Positions 28,701 through 45,517 of a stretch of DNA of 64,000 bases are shown here, one piece after another (the first letter of the stretch is position 1; every line of letters starts with the position of its first letter). The DNA lies in the NCBI GenBank assembly GCA_964035545.1, contig OZ037766.1, positions 18,960,767 through 19,024,766 of the forward strand, written 5' to 3'. This DNA is from Bugula neritina (lineage: Eukaryota; Animalia; Bryozoa). The position numbers and the translations under genes are program-made. The notes below the pieces were generated by a model, which saw only the letters and a list, made by a program, of their open reading frames with translations, was not told the origin of the DNA and searched no databases.

Positions 28701-31700
28701 ATTGGAATATACTGGAACACACTGAACTATACTGCAACATACTGAAATATACTGCAACATACTGCAACATACTGAAATACACTGTAACATACTGAAATAC
28801 ACTGCAACAAACTGCAACATACTGAAGAACACTGTAAAATATTGAAATACACTGCAACACATCGGAATATACTTCAACACACTGAAATATACTAAAACAT
28901 GTTGAAATATACTGCAACACACTGCAACATACTGAAATACACTGGAACAAACTGAAATACACTGCAACACATTGGAATATACTGCAACATTCCCTGATTT
29001 ATTGTAATATACTGAAATACACTGCAACATACCGCAACATACTAAATTACACTGTTACAAACTGAAATACAATGCAACACATTGGTATATACTGCAACAT
29101 ACCCAAATATATGGTATTATACTGAAATATACTGAAATACACTGCAACACATTGAAAAATACTGCAACATACTGAAAGACACTACAACTGACTGAAGTAT
29201 AGTGTAATATACGGAAATGTACTGTAACATACTGATACTTACTGTAACACACTGAATCATACTGCAACATACTGCAATACACTGTAACATACCGAAACAA
29301 ACTGCAACATGCTGCAACATACTGAAATACACTGTAACATACTAAAACACACTGCAACATTCTGCAACATACTCCAACGTACTGAAATACACTGTAACAT
29401 AATGAATTACACTGCAAAATACTGCAACATACTGAAGTACACTGTAAAATGTTGAAATACACGGCAACACATTAAAATATACTGCAACACACTGAAGTAT
29501 ACTGCAACATACTGAAATATACTGCAACATACTGCAACATACTGAAATACACTGTAACATACTGTAACATACTGAAATACACTGTAACATACTGTAACAT
29601 ACTGAAATACACTGCAACAAACTGCAACATACTGAAGTACACTGTAAAATATTGAAATACACTGCAACACAATGGATTATACTGCAACACACTGAAATGT
29701 ACTGCAACATACTGAAATATACTTCAACATACTGCAGCATACTGAAAGACACTACAACTAACTGAAGTATAGTGTAATATACGGAAATGTACTGTAACAT
29801 ACTGATATTTACTGCAACACACTGAAATATACTGCAACATACTGAAATACGCTGTAACATGCCAAAATAAACTGCAACATACTGCAACATACTGAAATAC
29901 ACTGTAACATACTAAAATACACTGCAACATACTAAAATACATTGCAACATTCTGCAACATACTTCAACATACTGAAATACACCGTAACATAATGAAATAC
30001 ACTGCAACACATTGAATTATACTGCAACAAACTGAAATATACTGCAACATACTGAAGTTTACTGTAACATACTGAAATACACTGCAACATATCGAAGCAT
30101 ATCGTAATATACGGACATGTACTGTAACATACTGAAACACACTGAAACATACTTAAACATACTTAAACATAATTCAACACACTGAAATATACTAAAACAT
30201 ACTGAAATATACTGCAACATACTGCAACATACTGAAATACACTGTAACAAACTGAAATACACTGCAACACGTTGAAATATACTGCAACATACCCTATCAT
30301 ATTGTAATATACTGAAATATACTGCAACATACCGCAACATACTGAAATACACTGTAGCAAACTGAAATACACTGTAACACATTGGTATATACTGCAACAT
30401 ACCCAAATATATGGTAATATACTGAAATACACTGCAGCATTCTGCAACATACTTCAACATACTGAAATGTACTGCAACATACTGAAACACACTGCAACAT
30501 AACGAGGTATATCGAAATATACGGATATGTACTGTAACATACTGAAATATACTGCAACATACTGCAACATACTGAAATACACTGTAACATACTGCAACAT
30601 ACCTAAATACACTCTAACATACTAAAACACACTGCAACATTCTGCAACATACTTCAACATACTGAAATACGCCGAAACATAATGAAGTACACTGCAACAC
30701 AATGAAATATACTGCAACACACTGAAATATACTGCAACACATCCAATTACATCGTAATATACGGACATGTACTATAACATACTGAAACATACTGAAACAT
30801 ACTGAAACAAAATGAAATAAACTGTAACACACTGAGTAATACTGCAAAATGCTGGAATATACTGTAACACAGTGAAGTATACTGCAAAATTTTGAAACAT
30901 ACTGTAACATACTGAAACATGAGCAATATACTGAAAAATGCCTCAACATACTCAAATACACTGCAAGAAACTGCAACATACGTAAATACACCGCAACATA
31001 CTGACATACACTGCAACATACTGCAACATACTGAAGTCCACTGTGAAATATTGAAATACACTGCAACACATTGGAATATACTGCAACACACTGAACTATA
31101 CCGCAACATACTGAAATATACTGCAACATACTGCAACATACTGAAATACACTGTAACATACTGTAACATACTGAAATACACTGCAACAAACTGCAACATA
31201 CTGAAGTACACTGTAAAATATTGAAATACACTGCAACACAATGGATTATACTGCAACACACTGAAATGTACTGCAACATCCTGAAATATACTTCAACCTA
31301 CTGCAGCATACTGAAAGACACTACAACTAACTGAAGTATAGTGTAATATACGGAAATGTACTGTAACATACTGATATTTGCTGCAACACACTGAAATATA
31401 CTGCAACATACTGAAATACACTGTAACATGATAAAATAAACTGCAACATACTGCAACATACTGAAATACACTGTAACATACTGAAATACACTGCAACATT
31501 CTGCAACATACTTCAACCTACTGAAATGCACTGTAACATAATGAAATACACTGCAACACATTGAAATATACTGCAACACACTGAAATATATTGCAACACA
31601 TCCAAGTACATCGTAATATACGGACATGTACTGTAACATACTGAAACATACCTAAACATACTGAAACAAAATGAAACAAACTGTAACACACTGAGTAATA

Positions 31701-32110
31701 CTGCAAAATGCTGAAATATACTGTAACACAGTGAAGTATACTGCAAAATTCTGAAACATATTGGAACATACTGATACATGAGCAATATACTGAAAAATGC
31801 CTCAACATACTCAAATACACTGCAAGAAACTGGAACATGCGTAAATACACTGTAACATACTGACATACACTGCAACATACTGCAACATACTGGAGTACAC
31901 TGTAAAATAGTGAAATGCACTGCAACACATTGAAATATACTGCAACATACCCTATCATATTGTAATATACTGAAATATACTGCAACATACCGCAACATAC
32001 TGAAATACACTGTAACAAACTGAAATACACTGTAACACATTGGTATATACTGCAACATACCCAAATATATGGTAATATACTGAAATACACTGCAGCATTC
32101 TGCAACATAC
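21410..32110 (+). repeat. Dispersed duplication: ~21410-23840 repeated at ~29680-32110 (offset 8269)
   Basis: Pseudo-ORF pairs 21455/29724, 21790/30059, 22650/30919 and 23249/31518; shared ACTTAAACATACTTAAACATAATTC and CAATGGATTAT variants. Confidence 0.88.
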
Positions 32111-35048
32111 TTCAACATACTGAAATGTACTGCAACATACTGAAACACACTGCAACATAATGAGGTATATCGAAATATACGGACATGTACTGTAACATAC
32201 TGAAATATACTGCAACATACTGAAATACACTGTAACATACTGCAACATACCTAAATACACTGTAACATACTAAAATACACTGAAACATTCTGCAACATAC
32301 CGCAACATACTGAAATACACTGTAACATACTGTGACATACTGAAATACACTGCAACAAACTGCAACATACTGAAGTACACTGTAAATTATTGAAATACAC
32401 TGCAACACATTGGAATATACTGCAACACACTGAAATGTACTGCAACATACTGAAATATACTTCAACATACTGCAGCATACTGAAAGACACTACAACTAAC
32501 TGAAGTATAGTGTAATATACGGAAATGTACTGTAACATACTGATATTTACTGCAACACACTGAAATATACTGCAACATACTGAAATACGCTGTAACATGC
32601 CAAAATAAACTGCAACATACTGCAACATACTGAAATACACTTTAACATACTAAAATACACTGCAACATACTAAAATACATTGCAACATTCTGCAACATAC
32701 TTCAACATACTGAAATACACCGTAACATAATGAAATACACTGCAACACATTGAATTATACTGCAACAAACTGAAATATACTGCAACATACTGAAGTTTAC
32801 TGTAACATACTGAAATACACTGCAACATATCGTAGTATATCGTAATATACGGACATGTACTGTAACATACTGAAACACACTGAAACATACTTAAACATAC
32901 TTAAACATAATTCAACACACTGAAATATACTAAAACATACTGAAATATACTGCAACATACTGCAACATACTGAAATACACTGTAACAAACTGAAATACAC
33001 TGCAACACGTTGACATATACTGCAACATACCCTATCATATTGTAATATACTGAAATATACTGCAACATACCGCAACATACTGAAATACACTGTAGCAAAC
33101 TGAAATACACTGTAACACATTGGTATATACTGCAACATACCCAAATATATGGTAATATACTGAAATACACTGCAGCATTCTGCAACATACTTCAACATAC
33201 TGAAATGTACTGCAACATACTGAAACACACTGCAACATAACGAGGTATATTGAAATATACGGACATGTACTGTAACATACTGAAATATACTGCAACATAC
33301 TGCAACATACTGAAATACACTGTAACATACTGCAACATACCTAAATACACTGTAACATACTAAAATACACTGCAACATTCTGCAACATACTTCAACATAC
33401 TGAAATACACTGAAACATAATGAAGTACACTGCAACACAATGAAATATACTGCAACACACTGAAATATACTGCAACACATCCAATTACATCGTAATATAC
33501 GGACATGTACTATAACATACTGAAACATACTGAAACATACTGAAACAAAATGAAATAAACTGTAACACACTGAGTAATACTGCAAAATGCTGAAATATAC
33601 TGTAACACAGTGAAGTATACTGCAAAATTTTGAAACATACTGTAACATACTGAAACATGAGCAATATACTGAAAAATGCCTCAACATACTCAAATACACT
33701 GCAAGAAACTGCAACATACGTATATACACCGCAACATACTGACATACACTGCAACATACTGCAACATACTGAAGTCCACTGTGAAATATTGAAATACACT
33801 GCAACACATTGGAATATATTGCAACACACTGAACTATACCGCAACATACTGAAATATACTGCAACATACTGCAACATACTGAAATACACTGTAACATACT
33901 GTAACATACTGAAATACACTGCAACAAACTGCAACATACTGAAGTACACTGTAAAATATCGAAATACACTGCAACACAATGGATTATACTGCAACACACT
34001 GAAATGGACTGCAACATACTGAAATATACTTCAACCTACTGCAGCATACTGAAAGACACTACAACTAACTGAAGTATAGTGTAATATACGGAAATGTACT
34101 GTAACATACTGATATTTGCTGCAACACACTGAAATATACTGCAACATACTGAAATACACTGTAACATGATAAAATAAACTGCAACATACTGCAACATACT
34201 GAAATACACTGTAACATACTGAAATACACTGCAACATTCTGCAACATACTTCAACCTACTGAAATGCACTGTAACATAATGAAATACACTGCAACACATT
34301 GAAATATACTGCAACACACTGAAATATATTGCAACACATCCAAGTACATCGTAATATACGGACATGTACTGTAACATACTGAAACATACCTAAACATACT
34401 GAAACAAAATGAAACAAACTGTAACACACTGAGTAATACTGCAAAATGCTGAAATATACTGTAACACAGTGAAGTATACTGCAAAATTCTTAAACATATT
34501 GGAACATACTGAAACATGAGCAATATACTGAAAAATGCCTCAACATACTCAAATACACTGCAAGAAACTGGAACATGCGTAAATACACTGTAACATACTG
34601 ACATACACTGCAACATACTGCAACATACTGGAGTACACTGTAAAATAGTGAAATGCACTGCAACACATTGAAATATACTGCAACATACCCTATCATATTG
34701 TAATATACTGAAATATACTGCAACATACCGCAACATACTGAAATACACTGTTACAAACTGAAATACACTGTAACACATTGGTATATACTGCAACATACCC
34801 AAATATATGGTAATATACTGAAATACACTGCAGCATTCTGCAACATACTTCAACATACTGAAATGTACTGCAACATACTGAAACACACTGCAACATAATG
34901 AGGTATATCGAAATATACGGACATGTACTGTAACATACTGAAATATACTGCAACATACTGCAACATACTGAAATACACTGTAACATACTGCAACATACCT
35001 AAATACACTGTAACATACTAAAATACACTGCAACATTCTGCAACATAC
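29680..35048 (+). repeat. 2738-bp near-tandem duplication (third copy of the 21.4-23.8 kb block)
   Basis: Pseudo-ORF pairs 29932/32670, 30747/33485, 31293/34031 and 31955/34693 are 2738 apart; about 120 bp of unmatched monomers at 32300-32418. Confidence 0.9.
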
Positions 35049-35499
35049 TTCAACATGCTGAAATACACTGAAACATAATGAAGTACACTGCAACACAATG
35101 AAATATACTGCAACACACTGAAATATACTGCAACACACTGAAATATACTGCAAAATACTGAAATATACTTCAACACACTGCAGCATACTGAAAGACACTA
35201 CAACTAACTGAAGTATAGTGCAATATACAGAAATGTACTGTAGAATACTGATATTTACCGTAACACACTTAAATATACTGCAACATACTGAAATACACTG
35301 TAACATACCGAAATAAGCTGCAACATACTGGAACATACTGAAATACACTGCAACATACTAAAATACATTGCAACATACTAAAATACACTGCAACATTCTG
35401 CAACATACTTCAACATACTGAAGTACACCGTAACATAATGAAATACACTGCAACACATTGAAACATACTGCAACACACTGAAATATACTGCAACACATC

Positions 35500-38190
35500 C
35501 AAGTACATCGTAATATACGGACATGTACTGTAACATACTGAAACACACTGAAACATACTGAAACATACTGAAACATACTTCAACACACTGAAATATACTA
35601 AAACATAATGAAATATACTGCAACATACTGCAACATACTGAAATACACTGTAACAAACTCAAATACACTGCAACACATTGGAATATACTGCAACATACCC
35701 TAATGATATGTAATATACTGCAACATACCGCAAAATACTGAAATACACTGTAAAAAAGTGAAATACACCGCAACACATTGCTACATACTGCAACATACCC
35801 AAATATATGGTAATAAACTGAAATACACTGCAACATTCTGCAACATACTTCAACATACTGAAATGTACTGCAACATACTGAAATACAGTGCAACATAACG
35901 AGGTATATCGAAATATACGGACATGTACTGTAACATACTGAAACACACTGAAACATACTGAAACATACCGAAACATACTGAGACGTACTGAAATACACTG
36001 CAACATGCTGCAACAGCCTGAAGTACAGTGTAACATATTGAAATACACTGCAACACATTGAAATATACCGCAACACACTGAAATATACTGCAACACATCC
36101 AAGTACATCGTAATATATGGACATGTACTGTAACATACTGTAAGACACTGAAACATACTGCAACATACTGAAATACACTGTAACATACTGCAACATACCT
36201 AAATACACTGTAACATACTAAAATACACTGCAACATTCTGCAACATACTTCAACATACTGAAATACACTGAAACATAATGAAGTACACTGCAACACAATG
36301 AAATATACTGCAACACACTGAAATATACTGCAACACATCCAAGTACATCGTAATATACGGACATGTACTATAACATACTGAAACATACTGAAACATACTG
36401 AAACGAAATGAAATAAACTGTAACACAGCGAGTAATACTGCAAAATGCTGAAATATACTGTAACACAGTGAAGTATACTGCAAAATTTTGAAACGTACTG
36501 TAACATACTGAAACATGAGCAATATACTGAAAAATGCCTCAACATACTCAAATACACTGCAAGAAACTGCAACATACGTAAATACGCTGTAACATACTGA
36601 CATACACTACAACATACTGCAACATACAGAAGTCCACTGTGAAATATTGAAATACACTGCAACACATTGGAATATACTGCAACGCACTGAAATATACTGC
36701 AACATACTGAAATATACTGCAACATACTGCAACATACTGAAATACACTGTAACATGCTGTAACATACTGAAATACACTGCAACAAACTGCAACATACTCA
36801 AGTACACTGTAAAATATTGAAAAACACTGCAACACATTGAAATATACCGCAACACACTGAAATATACTGCAACACATCCAAGTACATCGTAATATACGGA
36901 CATGTACTGTAACATACTGAAACATACTGAAACAAAATGAAATATACTGTTGCGCACTGAATAATACTCTAAAATTCCGAAATAAACTGTAACACAGTGA
37001 AGTATACTGCAAATTTCTGAAATATACTGTAACAAACTGAAATAGGCCTCAACATACTCAAATATACTGCAAGATACTGCAACATACGTAAGAACACTGT
37101 AACATACTGAAATACACTGCAACATACTGCAACATACTGAAGTACACTGTAAAACATTGAAATACACTGAAACACATTGGTATATACTGCAACACACTGA
37201 AATGTACTGTAACATACTGATATTTACTGCAACACACTTAAATATACTGCAACAGACTGACATACGCTGTAACATGCCAAAATAAACTGCAACATACTGC
37301 AACATACTGAAATACACTGTAACATACTAAATTACACTGCAACATTCTGCAACATACTTCAACATACTGAAATGCACTGTAACATAATGAAATACACTGC
37401 AACACATTGAAATATACTGCAACACACTGAAATATATTGCAACACATCCAAGTACATCGTAATATACGGACATGTACTGTAACATACTGAAACATACTGA
37501 AACATACTGAAACATACTGAAACATACTTCAATACACTGAAATATACTAAAACATAATGAAATATACTGCAACATACTGCAACATACTGAAATACACTGT
37601 AACAAACTGAAATACACTGCAACACATTGGAATATACCGCAACATACCCTAATATATTGTAATATACTGCAACATACCGCAACATACTGAAATACACTGT
37701 AAAAAACTGAAATACACTGCAACACATTGCTATATACTGCAACATACCCAAATATATGGTAATATACTGAAATACACTGCAACATTCTGCAACATACTTC
37801 AACATACTGAAATGTACTGCAACATACTGAAATACAGTGCAACATAACGAGGTATATCGAAATATATGGACATGTACTGTAACATACTGAAACACACTGA
37901 AACATACTGAAACATACCGAAACATACTGAGACGTACTGAAATACACTGCAACATGCTGCAACATCCTGAAGTACAGTGTAACATATTGAAATACACTGC
38001 AACACATTGAAATATACCGCAACACACTGAAATATACTGCAACACATCCAAGTACATCGTAATATACGGACATGTACTGTAACATACTGTAAGACACCGA
38101 AACATACTGCAACATACTGAAATACACTGTAACATACTGCAACATACCTAAATACACTGTAACATACTAAAATACACTGCAACATTCTGC
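35500..38190 (+). repeat. ~0.75-kb block repeated at offset 1949 (35500-36240 / 37450-38190)
   Basis: GAGACGTACT at 35980 and 37929; pseudo-ORF pairs 35378/37327 and 35850/37799. Confidence 0.82.
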
Positions 38191-38770
38191 AACATACTGC
38201 AACATACTGAAATACACTGTAACATACTGTGACATACTGAAATACACTGCAACAAACTGCAACATACTGAAGTACACTGTAAATTATTGAAATACACTGC
38301 AACACATTGGAATATACTGCAACACACTGAAATGTACTGCAACATACTGAAATATACTTCAACATACTGCAGCATACTGAAAGACACTACAACTAACTGA
38401 AGTATAGTGTAATATACGGAAATGTACTGTAACATACTGATATTTACTGCAACACACTGAAATATACTGCAACATACTGAAATACGCTGTAACATGCCAA
38501 AATAAACTGCAACATACTGCATCATACTGAAATACACTGTAACATACTAAAATACACTGCAACATACTAAAATACATTGCGACATTCTGCAACATACTTC
38601 AACATACTGAAATACACCGTAACATAATGAAATACACTGCAACACATTGAAATATACTGCAACAAACTGAAATATACTGCAACATACTGAAGTTTACTGT
38701 AACATACTGAAATACACTGCAACATATCGTAGTATATCGTAATATACGGACATGTACTGTAACATACTGA

Positions 38771-41700
38771 AATACACTGTAACATGCTGTAACATACTGA
38801 AATACACTGCAACAAACTGCAACATACTCAAGTACACTGTAAAATATTGAAATACAGTGCAACACATTGAAATATACCGCAACACACTGAAATATACTGC
38901 AACACATCCAAGTACATCGTAATATACGGACATGTACTGTAACATACTGAAACATACTGAAACAAAATGAAGTATACTGTTGCGCACTGAATAATACTCT
39001 AAAATTCCGAAATAAACTGTAACACAGTGAAGTATACTGCAAATTTCTGAAATATACTGTAACAAACTGAAATAGGCCTCAACATACTCAAATATACTGC
39101 AAGATACTGCAACATACGTAAGAACACTGTAACATACTGAAATACACTGCAACATACTGCAACATACTGAAGTACACTGTAAAACATTGAAATACACTGA
39201 AACACATTGGTATATACTGCAACACACTGAAATGTACTGTAACATACTGATATTTACTGCAACACACTTAAATATACTGCAACAGACTGACATACGCTGT
39301 AACATGCCAAAATAAACTGCAACATACTGCAACATACTGAAATACACTGTAACATACTAAATTACACTGCAACATTCTGCAACATACTTCAACATACTGA
39401 AATGCACTGTAACATAATGAAATACACTGCAACACATTGAAATATACTGCAACACACTGAAATATATTGCAACACATCCAAGTACATCGTAATATACGGA
39501 CATGTACTGTAACATACTGAAACATACTGAAACAAAATGAAATAAACTGTAACACACTGAGTAATACTGCAAAATGCTGAAATATACTGTAACACAGTGA
39601 AGTATACTGCAAAATTCTGAAACATATTGGAACATACTGAAACATGAGCAATATACTGAAAAATGCCTCAACATACTCAAATACACTGCAAGAAGCTGGA
39701 ACATGCGTAAATACACTGTAACATATTGACATACACTGCAACATACTGCAACATACTGGAGTACACTGTAAAATAGTGAAATACACTGCAACACATTGAA
39801 ATATACTGCAACACACTGAACTAGACTGCAACATACTGAAATATACTGCAACATACTGCAACATACTGAAATACACTGTAACATACTGTAACATACTGAA
39901 ATACACTGCAACAAACTGCAACATACTGAAGTACACTGTACATATTGAAAACACTGCAACACACTGAAATATACTGCAACACACTGAAATATACTGCAAA
40001 ATACTGAAATATACTTCAACACACTGCACATACTGAAAGACACTACAACTAACTGAAGTATAGTGCAATATACAGAAATGTACTGTAACATACTGATATT
40101 TACTGTAACACACTTAAATATACTGCAACATACTGAAATACACTGTAACATACCGAAATAGGCTGCAACATACTGCAACATACTGAAATGCACTGCAACA
40201 TAGTAAAATACATTCCAACATACTAAAATACACTGCAACATTATGCAACATACTTCAACATACTGAAGTACACCGCAACATAATGAAATACACTGCAACA
40301 CATTGAAATATACTGCAACACACTGAAATATACTGCAACACATCCAAGTACATCGTAATATACGGACATGTACTATAACATACTGAAACATACTGAAACA
40401 TAGCGAAACAAAATGAAATAAACTGTAACACACTGAGTAATACTGCAAAATGCTGAAATATACTGTAACACAGTGAAGTATACTGCAAAATTTTTAAACT
40501 TACTATAACATACTGAAACATGAGCAATATACTGAAAAATGCCTCAACATACTCAAATACACTGCAAGAAACTGCAACATACGTAAATACACTGTAACAT
40601 ACTGACATACACTGCAACATACTGCAACATACTGAAGTTCACTGTGAAATATTGAAATACACTGCAACACATTGGAATATACTGCAACACACTGAACTAT
40701 ACTGCAACATACTGAAATATAATGCAACATACTGCAACATACTGAAATACACTGTAACATACTGTAACATACTGAAATACACTGCAACACACTGCAACAT
40801 ACTGAAGTACACTGTAAATTATTGAAATACACTGCAGCATACTGAAAGACACTACAACTAACTGAAGTATAGTGCAATATACAGAAATGTACTGTAACAT
40901 ACTGATATTTACTGTAACACACTTAATTATACTGCAACATACTGAAATACACTGTAACATACCGAAATAAGCTGCAACATACATCAACGTACTGAAATAC
41001 ACTGCAACATAGTAAAATACATTGCAACATACTAAAATACACTGCAACATTCTGCAACATACTGAAATACACTGTAACATACTAAAATACACTGCAACAT
41101 ACTTCAACATACTGAAATGCACTGTAACATAATGAAATACACTGCAACACATTGAAATATACTGCAACACACTGAAATATATTGCAACACATCCAAGTAC
41201 ATCGTAATATACGGACATGTACTGTAACATACTGAAACATACTGAAGCATACTTAAACAAAATGAAATAAACTGTAACACACTGAGTAATACTGCAAAAT
41301 GCTGAAATATACTGTAACACAGTGAAGTATACTGCAAAATTTTGAAACGTACTGTAACATACTGAAACATGAGCAATATACTGAAAAATGCCTCAACATA
41401 CTCAAATACACTGCAAGAAACTGCAACATACGTAAATACGCTGTAACATACTGACATACACTACAACATACTGCAACATACAGAAGTCCACTGTGAAATA
41501 TTGAAATACACTGCAACACATTGGAATATACTGCAACGCACTGAAATATACTGCAACATACTGAAATATACTGCAACATACTGCAACATACTGAAATACA
41601 CTGTAACATGCTGTAACATACTGAAATACACTGCAACAAACTGCAACATACTCAAGTACACTGTAAAATATTGAAATACAGTGCAAGACATTGAAATATA

Positions 41701-44159
41701 CCGCAACACACTGAAATATACTGCAACACATCCAAGTACATCGTAATATACGGACATGTACTGTAACATACTGAAACATACTGAAACAAAATGAAGTATA
41801 CTGTTGCGCACTGAATAATACTCTAAAATTCCGAAATAAACTGTAACACAGTGAAGTATACTGCAAATTTCTGAAATATACTGTAACAAACTGAAATAGG
41901 CCTCAACATACTCAAATATACTGCAAGATACTGCAACATACGTAAGAACACTGTAACATACTGAAATACACTGCAACATACTGCAACATACTGAAGTACA
42001 CTGTAAAACATTGAAATACACTGAAACACATTGGTATATACTGCAACACACTGAAATGTACTGTAACATACTGATATTTACTGCAACACACTTAAATATA
42101 CTGCAACAGACTGACATACGCTGTAACATGCCAAAATAAACTGCAACATACTGCAACATACTGAAATACACTGTAACATACTAAATTACACTGCAACATT
42201 CTGCAACATACTTCAACATACTGAAATGCACTGTAACATAATGAAATACACATCAACACATTGAAATATACTGCAACACACTGAAATATATTGCAACACA
42301 TCCAAGTACATCGTAATATACGGACATGTACTGTAACATACTGAAACATACTGAAACAAAATGAAATAAACTGTAACACACTGAGTAATACTGCAAAATG
42401 CTGAAATATACTGTAACACAGTGAAGTATACTGCAAAATTCTGAAACATATTGGAACATACTGAAACATGAGCAATATACTGAAAAATGCCTCAACATAC
42501 TCAAATACACTGCAAGAAGCTGGAACATGCGTAAATACACTGTAACATATTGACATACACTGCAACATACTGCAACATACTGGAGTACACTGTAAAATAG
42601 TGAAATACACTGCAACACATTGAAATATACTGCAACACACTGAACTAGACTGCAACATACTGAAATATACTGCAACATACTGCAACATACTGAAATACAC
42701 TGTAACATACTGTAACATACTGAAATACACTGCAACAAACTGCAACATACTGAAGTACACTGTACATATTGAAAACACTGCAACACACTGAAATATACTG
42801 CAACACACTGAAATATACTGCAAAATACTGAAATATACTTCAACACACTGCACATACTGAAAGACACTACAACTAACTGAAGTATAGTGCAATATACAGA
42901 AATGTACTGTAACATACTGATATTTACTGTAACACACTTAAATATACTGCAACATACTGAAATACACTGTAACATACCGAAATAGGCTGCAACATACTGC
43001 AACATACTGAAATGCACTGCAACATAGTAAAATACATTCCAACATACTAAAATACACTGCAACATTATGCAACATACTTCAACATACTGAAGTACACCGC
43101 AACATAATGAAATACACTGCAACACATTGAAATATACTGCAACACACTGAAATATACTGCAACACATCCAAGTACATCGTAATATACGGACATGTACTAT
43201 AACATACTGAAACATACTGAAACATAGCGAAACAAAATGAAATAAACTGTAACACACTGAGTAATACTGCAAAATGCTGAAATATACTGTAACACAGTGA
43301 AGTATACTGCAAAATTTTTAAACTTACTATAACATACTGAAACATGAGCAATATACTGAAAAATGCCTCAACATACTCAAATACACTGCAAGAAACTGCA
43401 ACATACGTAAATACACTGTAACATACTGACATACACTGCAACATACTGCAACATACTGAAGTTCACTGTGAAATATTGAAATACACTGCAACACATTGGA
43501 ATATACTGCAACACACTGAACTATACTGCAACATACTGAAATATAATGCAACATACTGCAACATACTGAAATACACTGTAACATACTGTAACATACTGAA
43601 ATACACTGCAACACACTGCAACATACTGAAGTACACTGTAAATTATTGAAATACACTGCAGCATACTGAAAGACACTACAACTAACTGAAGTATAGTGCA
43701 ATATACAGAAATGTACTGTAACATACTGATATTTACTGTAACACACTTAAATATACTGCAACATACTGAAATACACTGTAACATACCGAAATAAGCTGCA
43801 ACATACATCAACGTACTGAAATACACTGCAACATAGTAAAATACATTGCAACATACTAAAATACACTGCAACATTCTGCAACATACTGAAATACACTGTA
43901 ACATACTAAAATACACTGCAACATACTTCAACATACTGAAATGCACTGTAACATAATGAAATACACTGCAACACATTGAAATATACTGCAACACACTGAA
44001 ATATATTGCAACACATCCAAGTACATCGTAATATACGGACATGTACTGTAACATACTGAAACATACTGAAGCATACTTAAACAAAATGAAATAAACTGTA
44101 ACACACTGAGTAATACTGCAAAATGCTGAAATATACTGTAACACAGTGAAGTATACTGC
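38771..44159 (+). repeat. 2824-bp near-tandem duplication (38771-41335 / 41595-44159)
   Basis: Pseudo-ORF pairs 38999/41823, 39268/42092, 40255/43079 and 41104/43928; TGCGCACTG at 38981 and 41805. Confidence 0.92.
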
Positions 44160-45517
44160 GAAATTCTGAAACATATTGTAACATACTGAAACATGAGCAA
44201 TATACTGAAAAATGCCTCAACATACTCAGATACACTGCAAGAAACTGGAACATGCGTAAATACACTGTAACATACTGACATACACTGCAACATACTGCAA
44301 CATACTGGAGTACACTGTAAAATAGTGAAATACACTGCAACACATTGAAATATACTGCAACACACTGAACTATACTGCAACATACTGAAATGTACTGCAA
44401 CATACTGCAACATACTGAAATACACTGTAACATACTGTAACATACTGAAATACACTGCAACAAACTGCAACATACTGAAGTACACTGTACATATTGAAAA
44501 CACTGCAACACACTGAAATATACTGCAACACACTGAAATATACTGCAAAATACTGAAATATACTTCAACACACTGCAGCATACTGAAAGACACTACAACT
44601 AACTGAAGTATAGTGTAATATACGGAAATGTACTGTAAAATACTGAAACATACTGAAACATACTGCAACATACTGAAACATACTGAAACATACCGCAACA
44701 AACCGAAATATTTAGTAACATACTGAAACATACTGAAACATACTTCAACACACTGAAATATACTAAAACATAATGAAATATACTGCAACATAATGCAACA
44801 TACTGAAATACACTGTAACAAACTGAAATACACTGCAACACATTGGAATATACTGCAACATACCCTAATATATTGTAATATACTGCAACATACCGCAACA
44901 TACTAAAATACACTGTAACAAACTGAAATACACTGCAAAACATTGGTATATACTGCAACATACCCAAATATATGGTAATATACTGAAATACACTGCAACA
45001 TTCTGCAACATACTTCAACATACTGAAATGTACTGCAACATGCTGAAATACAGTGCAATATAACGAGGTATATCGAAATATACAGACATGTACTGTAACA
45101 TACTGAAACACACTGAAACATACTGAAACACACTGAAACATACTGAGACGTACTGAAATACACTGCAACATGCTGCAACATCCTGAAGTACAGTGTAACA
45201 TATTGAAATACACTGCAACACATTGAAATATACCGCAACACACTGAAATATACTGCAACACATCCAAGTACATCGTAATATACGGACATGTACCCTAACA
45301 TACTGCAACATACTGTAACATACTGAAATACACTGTAACATTCTAAAATACACTGCAACATACTAAAATACATTGCAACATTTTGCAACATACTTCAACA
45401 TACTGAAATACACCGTAACATAATGAAATACACTGCAACACATTGAAATGTACTGCAACAAACTGAAATGTACTGCAACATACTGAAGTTTACTGTAACA
45501 TACTGAAATACACTGCA

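Larger units (their letters stand above)
11330..29520 (+). repeat. Dispersed duplication: ~11330-15780 repeated at ~25058-29520 (offset 13,728-13,739)
   Basis: Pseudo-ORF pairs 11552/25280, 12378/26106, 13156/26894, 14666/28405 and 15316/29055; shared private variants such as GTCCACGGTG (14929/28668) and GAAGCAAAGTG. Confidence 0.88.

Noticed and set aside
1712-34022. Plus-strand ORFs (1712, 13156, 22650, 26894, 30919, 33657; NILKYTATYC repeats)
   Set aside because: Chance stop-free runs of the same satellite; they recur only because the blocks are duplicated.
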